DNA from: Azolla caroliniana
Taxonomy: Eukaryota > Plantae > Polypodiophyta
DNA length: 43,693 bases
NCBI GenBank assembly: GCA_043228905.1
Contig: JBHGNT010000260.1
Span: 1-43,693 of the forward strand
Reading direction: 5' to 3'
Position 1 is the stretch's first letter; every line of letters begins with the position of its first letter. The position numbers were made by a program, and so were the translations under genes. Below are positions 1 to 10,554 of the stretch, piece by piece. The notes beneath the pieces are model-generated. The model saw only the letters and a list, made by a program, of their open reading frames with translations. It was not told the DNA's origin and ran no database searches.

Positions 1-1513
1 ACAGCGGCTCCGCGACGTGCGCGTAATGCGGGATCCATATGTGGTAGAAGGCGCATGCTCCCAAGAATCTTCGTACTTCCGTGACCGAGCTGCAATCGGG
101 CTTCATCGCGGAGATGGCTTCTATCTTTGCCGGAGACGGCTTCCGGCCATATGGTCCACATAAATGTCCGACCACCATGATTTCCGACTGCCCGAACGCT
201 GACTTCTCCCCCGAGAAGGTGAGCCTCGCATCCTCTAGCCTTTGCAGCACCTTCTCGCAGTCGTCGACGTGCATTACCACGAATCGCCGGCATCCGTCCG
301 GCCCGATCGTCTCGTCCCTCTCTTCTACCGGGCATCCCTTGATCGGGATGTCGTCTAGAAACGGCATGGTGATGTCCGGGATGCAGTCCCTCAGCACCTT
401 GTTCATCGCATTCACCATGTGGGCCACCGAGTTGGTCCCTCCTTGCGGCAGCGTACACATCCGCACTAGGCCGAGGGGAGTTCACATCGTCGTAATGTCT
501 CTGCTTTCCACGGCTAGCTGGAACTGGTCGTACCCTGAGTATAGATCACCGACCGAGTAAATCGACCTTCCGGCGAAGGCCTCCGCGAACTCGTCTATGG
601 TCGGCCCGATCCCTGCGTTCCGAATGGTCACTCTATTGACCGGCTGCAGGTCCTGAATGAAGCGCAATGATCCGTTTTTCTTTGGTACGGTAAACCAGCG
701 GTTTGAATACGGGGCGCTCGACGGCTCGAGAATGCCCATATCAACCTTCTGCTTCAACAGCTCCATCAACTTCGGGATGTGAGCTCTCGGAACCGAAATT
801 GGCTTGAGATTCCACGGTACATGCGGTACCGTGAATATCACCATTGGCTCTACGATCGTCGGGTCTACGCACCCGATTTCCTCCGGTGAGAATGCGAAGG
901 CTTTCCCGTGCCTTCCGAGCATTCTCCGAAACCGGTCTTCCTCCATCGGCAGTAGGAACCCGCCCCCACCGATCTTCAGCTCGCGGAGCGTCTCGTTGGT
1001 GAAGGTGTGTCCTATGCAGGCCGGATCTCGTAAGCTGGGGTCCGATGCAACCCCTTTGATTCGGGATTCGCTGCCCTCTGGTAAGGGCGCCGCAACTGGC
1101 CTCACCTTCCGGTCCACAGTCTTGTACTTGGTGCTAACTCGGGCCGTCCGATCCGACTCGAGCCCCCGACCAAAGTCCGCGATGACTTCGTACATTTCTT
1201 CGGAACATACCGGTATCGTCCGGTCTTTGTTAAGGTCTTCTTCGACTACCTTCCCCAGCATTCCCAAGGTGTCGTCGAAGGAGACCGCCTCCACGGCGCC
1301 ACTGATTTCTTCGTCAGGGCCGAGAACTCCGCACGCTCGAAGTCTCCCCTCCGTCTTTGTTTTCTCTCGGCCGGCGATGCCGACCATCGTACATGCTCCG
1401 CTGTCGGAGAAGCAAAACTTCCTACCTATTGTACACGGTCTTATCGTACAGATGTGGGGTTTTCCCGGAGCATCCGGACTGTCGCGGCCCCACGCCTTGG
1501 CAGTCCTCTCTAA
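1..1513 (-). pseudogene. pol: pol (reverse transcriptase) of the outer Gypsy element, with a premature stop at 482-484
   Basis: RT motifs: WFTVPKKNGSLRFIQDLQPVN, DLYSGYDQ, M*TPLGLVRMCTLPQG and PFLDD (read by hand past the stop). The frame is open from the gag stop region into ORF 482..1387. Confidence 0.9.
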
Positions 1514-3184
1514 AAATCCTCTCGGTTTTCGGAACCGAGGGAGTCGCGATTACGTTCGTGGTTCGGCCTTACCGTCAGAAACTGGACCGAATGGCGCCCG
1601 TCTTGGCTTTTGACCCTCGCGTAGGCCGAACCATTGTCCAGCACCTTGGTCTCCATCCGCGCCGCCGTGATGTACGGCTCTCCCAGTATGACCGGATGCG
1701 AAGACGTCTCCTGCACGAAGAAGTGCTGGTCAATCTCGACGTCGCCGATCTTGACTCGCACATTCGGACAGGCCCCGTGCAGTTCCTCGGTGGCGCGCGT
1801 TGCCGCCCTTATCTTCCACCCGTGCTTGGTGTTGATCGGCCATTTGCCCTTCTTATAGAAGTCCATGGACATCAAGTTGATCTCCGATCCGTGGTCCACC
1901 AAAGCTATCACCGGTTCCTGGACATCGCCGATCTTCACCGGGGTTTCCGTGGTTGCTCGGGCCCAGTGTGGTCTCGAATAGTGGCTTTCCGCCCACTCGT
2001 CTCCCAGCGCCATGTCGTCTAGGTGTGTCGTCCGCACTTCCACCGGTCTTTCCGGTTCTGTCTCCGTCGACAGCCTCTTCCGTTTCACTAAGTCCACGAT
2101 GGAGTCGTGGAACTCCTTCTTGGCGATTCCCAGCACCTCTCGTAACGACAGCTCCACCTTGCTGTCGAGGATCCGTTCCTCCAGGACCTTTCGTAAGTCC
2201 GTGGTCCTTTCTATCTCCGTCCCCAGACGGTACCCGCCCTTCTGGGGTTTATCTTGCGTACCGGCCCCGCCGGCTTCGTCCCGTCGTGGCCCGGACCGGG
2301 TCTCGTATCGTTGTGAGGGCCCGGTCGTCCCGGGTCTCCCCACCCGCTTCTCTTCTACCAGAGCCTCGTAGTTCTGGCAAGCGGCTTCCACGAAGCCCGT
2401 CCTTTCCTCGACCGGGTCGCTCCACCCGGTCATCTCCCGTACCCGTTTCTCCGCACGGTCCGATTCCTCCCCTTTAAGCCTTGCACCGGCAAGGCCTTCC
2501 AGCATCGTCGGCCAGAATCCGGCTTTGCTTTCCTTTCGGGCCTCGCCACCCCCGACTCGAATGCCGGCCGACGCCGAGTAGTGGACGGTTTCCGCGTGTC
2601 GGGCCGCCGCCTCTTCCATCAACCTCTTCATACCACCTCGCCCGTCGTTTCGGCTCAGGGCCCTTCGGGTGTCGCTGGCATGCACCCGTCCTTCCCACAG
2701 GTACACCACCCTGTTCCTCAGCGCCTCCGCGAAGTCGCCGCAGTCCTTCCGAATGTGACCGACTTCATCGCACCACATGCACCTGTTTCCTGCCGCCGGC
2801 CGTCGGTCACGAGCCGGTTCGCCTCCTTCCCTTCGGGCCTGCGCGATTTGGAGGTCTTTTATCGCCTTCGTCAATTCCTCCAGCGCCGCTCCTCCGGCTG
2901 AGCCTCTGACTACGCCGGTCGAAGCCGAACCAGTTTCCAACCACTCTTGGGCCTCTTCCTTTCGCACCTGTGGCGCTGGTTCGAGCTTCCTTGCTGCGAC
3001 CGAGCCCGACCCGGTTGCCCCGTTATCCGCCCATTCTCGCCGTTTGTCGAAACGGCCACAGACCTTCCTGACAGCCGCCCAGTCGGTAGTGAGCCCGTCT
3101 TCGGTTTCCAGCAAGAGGCCCACTTGCTCCCGGTCCCGCTCGTCGACCGACTTGACAAACAGCAAGACCCGGCTCGTGTCCAGG
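1510..3184 (-). CDS. gag: C-terminal part of the outer Gag-protease (CCHC-like knuckle plus aspartic protease)
   Basis: ORF 1510..3165 contains CMWCDEVGHIRKDC, ALVDHGSEINLM and VILGEPY. Confidence 0.85.
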
Positions 3185-3613
3185 TGTCATGAGATGGCAA
3201 GACTCGAACCCATGACCTTATGGTATATGGGTCGAGCTCTTAACCATCTCACCATCTATTGTAATTCATAGAATATTATTTTCATTTATATTTTATTATA
3301 AGGAAGTAATGTATATTCCAGATTTCTCTGGAACATTCTAGAAGCTTCAGGATTATTCCTGAGAACACTATAAAAGAAGGCACTAAGCATTATGTTGAAC
3401 CAAATTGGTTCAACACCAGTCTTAAGCCTCTTAGTCGATTTGTACTTATCTTTCATATAATATAAGAGCTGCTGTCATCATCCTATTTCCCTCTCTCTCT
3501 CCTCTTCTCACTTCCTCTCTCTCGGGAATCTTACGCAGTCCCGTCCTCTTAGTACTAATAGTACTACTCTTCTTAGTACTAATTCCATCTCTGTTTTAGT
3601 ACTATTCCTGACA
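3185..3613 (+). repeat. 5' LTR (429 bp)
   Basis: TGTCA...TGACA; no difference from 8399-8827 seen by eye; TATA box at 3369. Confidence 0.97.
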
Positions 3614-3615
3614 GT

Positions 3616-3628
3616 TTGAACCAATTTG
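3616..3628 (+). promoter_or_regulatory. Self-priming type primer-binding site
   Basis: TTGAACCAATTTG is the exact reverse complement of 3401-3413, which lies ~32 nt after the TATA box. No TGG-starting tRNA PBS is present. Confidence 0.8.
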
Positions 3629-3683
3629 TCTCCTCTAGCCTACTTGTCACTCTCCCTCATCCTCCTACCCTTTCCCCTATACT

Positions 3684-4841
3684 ATGGCTACTGTTAGCGC
3701 CCAAGAATACCAATCCGTTTTCTCCGAGCTACAGTGCCTAAAAGAAAAGTTTGTTGCCTTGGAACAAGAAAACCAACGGCTGATAGGGGATCTGCAACAA
3801 ATCGCTCTAGAAAAACAACAAACGCAACAACAACATGGGGAGTTAGCGTTACGGGTACAACAACTCGAAGCAGCGTTGCAACAACAAGGATCCAGTCCCC
3901 AAGGATTTCATAAAGAGCCCAAGATTGGACTTCCTGTGAAATTTGATGGAACGCGTTCGCAATTTCGGGGATTCCTTAATCAGGTACGCTTAGTCATCCA
4001 GATGCATCCTTCCCGATATCCCACTGATGCATCTCGAGTCGGCCTAATAGGCACGCTACTTAGCGGCTCAGCCTTGGCATGGTTCGCTCCGCTTCTAGAA
4101 AAACAATCGTCCTTGCTTAATAACTTTGAAGATTTTATTGGTGAGTTTAAAGCCTGCTTTGGAGACACCGACAGCATCAGGACGACGATCAACAAGATCC
4201 GGCGATTGCGTCAAGGCGATCGTCCAGCCTCTGCCTACGCGGCGGATTTCCGCCTACTTGCTTCAGATATACCCTGGGATGATCAAGCACTAATGGAGCA
4301 GTTTCGCTATGGCTTGCGAAACGATGTCAAAGATCTACTTCTAACTTTCCCCGAAGAACCAAAGTCTCTTACGGAGGCAATCAGTCGAGCAGTTCGATGT
4401 GACAACCGCCTTTTTGAACGGCGTTCAGAACGTCAATTACAGATACCACGCTCTAGGCCAGAGCCCACTTACGCCGCAGTCGCGGCTAAACCGTTTGCAC
4501 GAGACATACCTCAAGCAAATACTTCGACACCGATGGAGATCGATACCATGCGTCGACGCGGCCCGTTATCGGAAGAAGAAAAGCAACGACGACGTGCCAA
4601 TCGATTATGCCTTTATTGCGGTGGACCAGGACATATCGCCATCAATTGTCCCCATAAGCCAAGAAGACAGGTAAATCAAATTGTCGCCTGTACTAAACCT
4701 GAGTCAATTCTTCCCTTCGGAGTGTCTGATAGTAGTAATAGTACTAATAGAGTGTCAGATAGTATTCATAGTACTAATAGCCCAAGTATCTCAAATAAAT
4801 TTGAAATCCTTAGTCAATTAGATGAAGAGTTAAACGATTGA
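3684..4841 (+). CDS. gag: Gag (retrotransposon gag domain plus CCHC zinc knuckle)
   Basis: Intact 385-aa ORF with PVKFDGTR, LRQG..ASAYAADF, PMEID and CLYCGGPGHIAINC. Confidence 0.95.
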   Translation: MATVSAQEYQSVFSELQCLKEKFVALEQENQRLIGDLQQIALEKQQTQQQHGELALRVQQLEAALQQQGSSPQGFHKEPKIGLPVKFDGTRSQFRGFLNQVRLVIQMHPSRYPTDASRVGLIGTLLSGSALAWFAPLLEKQSSLLNNFEDFIGEFKACFGDTDSIRTTINKIRRLRQGDRPASAYAADFRLLASDIPWDDQALMEQFRYGLRNDVKDLLLTFPEEPKSLTEAISRAVRCDNRLFERRSERQLQIPRSRPEPTYAAVAAKPFARDIPQANTSTPMEIDTMRRRGPLSEEEKQRRRANRLCLYCGGPGHIAINCPHKPRRQVNQIVACTKPESILPFGVSDSSNSTNRVSDSIHSTNSPSISNKFEILSQLDEELND

Positions 4842-7800
4842 GTCCAGCCAAAATAGGAGCCATTTGGTTGGACAGCAGCCCTAGATCTGTACAGCCCATT
4901 AGTGGTTCCATTCCTTCCAAGCAAGTTAGCAATGTGTTCCTAGCCCAAGTCATTGTTAGTACTAAAAGTACTCCCCCAGTACCCGTCCTAGCACTTTTAG
5001 ATTCCGGAGCTAATTCCTGTTTCATGGATCGAAATTTTGCCCAAGCTTCTCAGATATCCTTAAGAAAACTTCCTTGTCCCGCATCTGTAGTGGTCATTGA
5101 TGGTCGTCCCATTGCTTCCGGGAATATTGTAGAAGAATCAGAACCCATTCAAGTTGTCCTAGGTAGTTTTGTGTGTATAATATCATTTAATATAATTAGT
5201 AGTCCAGAGCATCCCATTGTCCTAGGATTACCTTGGCTTGAGTTACATAATCCAGCCATAGATTGGAGAACAAGAGAAGTCCGATATCGACCACCCCAAG
5301 AATCAACTCGCCGAGTTTCGACCATTTCACTCCATCAACTACGCGAAGAAGGACCCAAGGAGGCAATGTTCCTATTTTCCATATCAGTACATCCTTCCAG
5401 CACTATTAAGAAGGACTCCTCAGTACAACTTCCGGCAAAATATCATCCTTATGCCGATGTATTTGACAACACCGTCCCTATGACTGTCCCATCGATTTAC
5501 AACCAGGAACCGAGCCACCATGGGGACCAATTTACAACCTGTCACCCACCGAGTTAGAAGTCCTTCGAGCCTACATAGAGGAGAACTTGGCAAGCGGGTT
5601 CATCCGTCATTCGAAATCTCCGGCCGGTGCACCCATCTTCTTTGTCAAGAAGAAAGATGGCTCACTTCGTCTTGTCGTTGATTACCGCGGATTAAATAAA
5701 GTCACCATCCGGAATAGGTATGCACTTCCTCTTATATCAAGTCTTTTAGAGCGAGTTAATGGTGCCAAGTTTTTTACTAAAATCGACCTACGCGGAGCGT
5801 ATAATCTCGTGCGGATCCGACCGGGAGATGAGTGGAAGACCGCTTTTCGCACGCGGTATGGGCATTTTGAGTATACTGTTATGCCGTTTGGCCTAACCAA
5901 TGCACCCGCAGTCTTCCAACACATGGCAAATGATATATTCAGAGACCTCTTGGATATCTGTTTGATCATTTATCTGGATGATCTGTTGATTTATTCGAAG
6001 ACCCAGGAAGAGCACGACTCCCATGTACTATTAGTACTAAAGCGACTCCGCGAGAATGGTCTTTATGCCAAGCTAGAAAAATGTAGCTTTGACTGCAAGC
6101 AAGTGGAATTTCTAGGCTACGTCATCTCCTCAAAGGGCATCGCCATGGATCCAGCTAAGATCCAAACTGTACTAGAGTGGCAAATTCCACGGTCGGTACG
6201 AGATGTACAATGTTTTCTAGGTTTTGCTAACTTCTACCGTAAGTTTATACAGGATTACTCGAAGATTATTTTACCTCTCACACAACTTACGAAGAAGGGC
6301 CAAGCATTTCTTTGGTCCATTGAAGCAGATATGGCTTTTCGGCATCTTAAGAAAGCCTTTACATCAGCACCGATTCTAGCTCATGTGGATACAAGCAAAC
6401 CATTCATCATGGAGGCCGACGCATCAGATTTCGCCCTCGGTAGCATCCTTTCTCAACAAGGTGATAAAGAAGAGTTGCATCCGGTGGCTTTCCATTCGCG
6501 CAAATTCGATGTCGCAGAAATCAACTACGAAATACATGACAAGGAGTTATTAGCCATCGTGGATTCATTTGTACAATGGCGGCATTTCTTAGAGGGCTCT
6601 CCACATCAGGTCATTGTCTTCAGCGATCATAAAAATCTTGCTTATTTTCAGAACGCTCGCGTACTAAATCGACGGCAAGCTCGGTGGGCGCAATTCCTCA
6701 CGCGTTTCGACTTCAAAATCACATATCGACCGGGGAAGCAGCAAGGAAAAGCAGATGCACTATCACGACGTTCATATCTTGCACCTCGTCCTGGTGAAGC
6801 AACATTTGATAATCAAAAGCAAGTAATCTTGGGACCAACACGATTGCACACGACGCGGATTTTTCACACCCCGATGGATTCACGGATTACCGATGACATA
6901 CGTGCAACCTTGAAGACGGATAGTTTTGCTCAAGACATCCTGGCGCACATTGATACTTCTCGGGCATCCTGTTCTCAGTCTCAACAACCAGGTATTGACT
7001 ACCGACAATTCGAATATCATGATGGTTTGTTATTCTTTAAAAAGCGCGTATATGTCCCCGATTGCTCCTGTCGCCTTCAAATTGTCCAACATTGTCACGA
7101 CACCCATACGGCGGGACATTTCGGTAGTACTAAGACGTTGGAGCTAGTGCAGCGATCTTTTTGGTGGCCCCACATGCGCCATTTTGTCGACGACTACGTT
7201 CGGACCTGTGATGCTTGCTGCCGAGCAAAGATGCCACGACACCATCCATATGGCTTGTTGGAACCTTTACCAATTCCAAGTAAGCCATGGCAGTCTATTT
7301 GTCTTGATTTTATCACAGATCTGCCGGTCTCGAAAGGGTTCGATGCTATCCTAACCGTCGTCGATCGATATACGAAGATGGCACATTTTGTGCCATGTAC
7401 TAAAGCCATCACTAGTGAGGAAACCGCTGCTCTTGTTATGCGTGAGGTTTTTCGGCATCATGGCCTCCCAGACAGTATTATCAGTGACCGAGGCCCGCAA
7501 TTTGTCTCCAAATTTTGGCAACATCTCTTCAAGATGCTCAAGGTCTCCTGCAACCTCTCCTCCGGCTACCATCCTCAGACCGACGGACAGGCGGAACGAA
7601 CAAACCAAACGCTGGAGCAATATCTCCGGTGTTTCCTGAGTTATCAACAGGACGATTGGGCCGAGATTCTCCACTTTGCGGAGTTTGCGTATAATAATGC
7701 TATTCACTCCTCGACTCGGGTCTCCCCATTTTTCGCTTATACCGGTTTCCATCCTCGCTGGTCGGTGATCGACACTCCAGAGCTACCTACCAACCCTCGT

Positions 7801-8387
7801 GCCGAGGATCATTTGGAGAGGCTACGCAAGATCCAGATGGATCTCTCTACTCACCTTCGTCATGCTCAACACACACAGAAGACTTATGCGGATCGTCATC
7901 GGATTCCCTCCTCTTTTGCCATCGGAGATCGAGTATGGCTCTTACGTCGTCACATCAAGACTACTCGACCGTGCGACAAGTTGGATTATCGACGACTCGG
8001 TCCTTTCCGTATTACGGGGAAGATTAATGATGTCACCTTCCGCCTTGATCTCCCTCCGCAGCTTCAGATACATCCGGTTTTCCATTGTTCTCTTCTTGAA
8101 CCTTATATAAAGCAAACACCATTCCCGATCGTGTGACACCACCGCCGCCCCCACTGGAGTTGGACGCCGGCCCGGAGTATGAAGTTGCTGCCATCCTCGA
8201 TTCCAAACTTGTTCGCAACAAACTCTATTACTTGGTCGATTGGCTCGGTTATAGTCCGAGCGAACGTACTTGGGAACCCGTCGAGAATGTTGCCAATGCA
8301 CAAGATCTTCTTGCTGATTTCCACCGAAAGTATCCGGACAAACCCGGTCCGCAAGTAGCGCTGACTCGTTCCACTCGTCGTCTTTAA
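4829..8387 (+). pseudogene. pol: pol: protease, RT, RNase H, integrase and chromodomain, with frameshifts at ~5468 and ~8104-8109
   Basis: Motifs LLDSGA, YLDD, EADASDF, HCHD..AGH..C..C, ISDRGPQF, GPF, and chromodomain EYEVAAILDS..YYLVDWLGY..TWEP. Split across ORFs 4838..5557, 5587..8136 and 8133..8387. Confidence 0.93.
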
Positions 8388-8398
8388 GGGGGAGATAG

Positions 8399-8827
8399 TG
8401 TCATGAGATGGCAAGACTCGAACCCATGACCTTATGGTATATGGGTCGAGCTCTTAACCATCTCACCATCTATTGTAATTCATAGAATATTATTTTCATT
8501 TATATTTTATTATAAGGAAGTAATGTATATTCCAGATTTCTCTGGAACATTCTAGAAGCTTCAGGATTATTCCTGAGAACACTATAAAAGAAGGCACTAA
8601 GCATTATGTTGAACCAAATTGGTTCAACACCAGTCTTAAGCCTCTTAGTCGATTTGTACTTATCTTTCATATAATATAAGAGCTGCTGTCATCATCCTAT
8701 TTCCCTCTCTCTCTCCTCTTCTCACTTCCTCTCTCTCGGGAATCTTACGCAGTCCCGTCCTCTTAGTACTAATAGTACTACTCTTCTTAGTACTAATTCC
8801 ATCTCTGTTTTAGTACTATTCCTGACA
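8399..8827 (+). repeat. 3' LTR (429 bp)
   Basis: Direct repeat of 3185-3613, preceded by the PPT AAGGGGGAGATAG (8386-8398). Confidence 0.97.
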
Positions 8828-9282
8828 CCAGGATGGTTCGGTCGAGCGCCGAAAGGCGCGCAAAGTTTTCCTCGAACTCCCGGAGGAGTGCCGACACGTT
8901 TCTTCCTTTCCCCGGGGATTCCACCCATTCCATGAACCTTCGCTTCGAAAGCCGGAGCGCGTCGTCCAGCCCGTATTTCTCTAGGAGCCGACCCTCGAAC
9001 TCCTCCTAGGTACGGCTCCCCGCCCGCACCTCGAGCACCTCCGCATGGATGCTCGGCATCGCCACTCGGGGAAACCCGGCAAGACGCCTTTCTTCCGGAA
9101 TGTCCCGCATCAGCATTTCTGCACCGTAGGACGCCAGATACTTCGTGGCATCCCTCCCATCGAACCGGCCGATCGTGCCGACGACCGCCTCAACAGCTCT
9201 GTCGAGGGCACCGGTGCCCTCGCGCGCGTTTACAATCCGATCCACGGCCGAAGCCATGGCCTCTGCAAGATCCGACCCCCTC
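8828..9282 (-). pseudogene. gag: N-terminal part of the outer gag, with an in-frame TAG at 9006-9008
   Basis: Reads GRFDGRDATKYL...GSRT*EEFEGRLLEKYG...LDRTIL and continues in frame at 3179 once the nested element and one TSD copy are removed. The start codon is uncertain. Confidence 0.8.
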
Positions 9283-10554
9283 ATCTTCTGCTCTTCTGCC
9301 GCCTCTTTCACGTCGGGTTCACCAAAGATGTCGAGATATTTCGCAAGTGCGTGTGGAGATGAGGCGGGACCGCGGGGGTCTCGAACCAAAGAGCAAGCGA
9401 GGGAGGAGAAAGAGGGAGAACCGGCTACGCAGGACCGGGGATACACAGGGACACGGCCCTTCAGCACGGAGAACGCGAACAGACACCGACACAGACAGAC
9501 GCGAACGACTAAATATGTATATTTAACAAAAATGGCTAACACGACTACAACCCTCGATGGGGCACAGGTTGGTTACAACCGAACAGGCCGGCGAACAGAT
9601 GCCGATGCCTGTTCGCTTCGACGCACAAACGGGGTAGCAGGTCGGAGGTGCTGCCGGAAGCACTCGGGCGTTCCTCGAAACAGCGCGAGCCTCCTCGGAA
9701 CCCTGCACAGAAAGCTATGGAGCTCAAGAAGGAAGGAAACAGAGAGAGAAGCGTCCAGAAACGGTCCGACATCACTTCGTCCTCTCTGCGCGAGATCCCC
9801 GCAACAGCTCTTTCCTGCTCCTTATATAGGCCGACGAGCAGGCCGTCATGTCAGCTTTATTCCCTGTCCCTTTTGGACAGGGATCCGCTCCGTTCTTCAC
9901 GCATCCGCGTAGTTACGCCGCCGATTCGTACAGTTCGCGCGCGTGACCGAAAAGACTGTTCGCGCGGTCTTTGTCTTTACTCGTGTTAGGGCCCGTTCCT
10001 GCCGACCATCCTCCTAATTCGATTCTATGTACAACTTGGAGCGTGCGCGCGTGAAGAACCGGTTCCCACGCCTTGGTGCGCCGATTCCGCTTATGGACGG
10101 TTTTCTTCACGACAACGGGATCAAACTCCGAACGGTAACGCTAGTGGAACTACAAGCGTATAAAAACATGCGGATAACGCTAGTGGAACCATTATCAACA
10201 CACTACACAATCTAAGCAGCAATGGAAGAGAAACACAATAGTTTTAACAATAGAAGACAAAGATCCATAATAACAACATGGACAATCATGGCAACAATTC
10301 TACGACCATGTTATGTTAAGGTAAACTTTGACCAAAATCAACCTCAATTTAAACTAATTCATGTTTCTCCATAAATTTGGTAGTCAGCAATGCACATGGT
10401 GAAACCAATGTCATAAGTCTACTAACCAAGTATATAAAAATAAAATTGAAACATATAGAAGATTATAAAGAATAGAATCCACCAAGTAAAACCCAAAATT
10501 TGTATTAATAATGTGAAATCCAAACAATACATTTCGCATTTTTAAAAGAGTCTA

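Larger units (their letters stand above)
3185..8827 (+). mobile_element. Full-length Ty3/Gypsy chromovirus (Tcn1/Tf1-sushi-like), young insertion
   Basis: Two TG..CA LTRs, 5-bp TSD CCAGG (3180-3184 and 8828-8832), a PPT, and gag-PR-RT-RH-INT-chromodomain order. Confidence 0.97.
1..10114 (-). mobile_element. Outer Ty3/Gypsy LTR retrotransposon, decayed, interrupted by a nested element at 3185-8827 and running off the left edge of the window
   Basis: Gag, zinc knuckle, protease and RT are all on the minus strand. The gag frame rejoins exactly across the nested insertion (..SALDRTIL|DTSRVLLFVK..). The right boundary is inferred from a TGTCGTG.. start on the minus strand at 10114, a minus-strand TATA box (CCTATATAAG, ~9821-9830) and a drop in GC content. 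Confidence 0.85.

Noticed and set aside
3185-3258. Functional tRNA gene
   Set aside because: The acceptor, anticodon and T stems do not pair properly. It is kept only as a tRNA-derived promoter-like module.
81-3271. Long plus-strand ORFs (81..560, 804..1613, 1357..2022 and others) and 9145..9912
   Set aside because: They are antisense shadows of GC-rich gag-pol and leader sequence with no recognisable motifs.
9370-9800. PBS and inner LTR boundary of the outer Gypsy element
   Set aside because: There is an 11/12 complementarity between ~9372-9383 and ~9791-9802, but no adjacent TG/CA LTR end. The second LTR is outside the window, so the boundary cannot be fixed.
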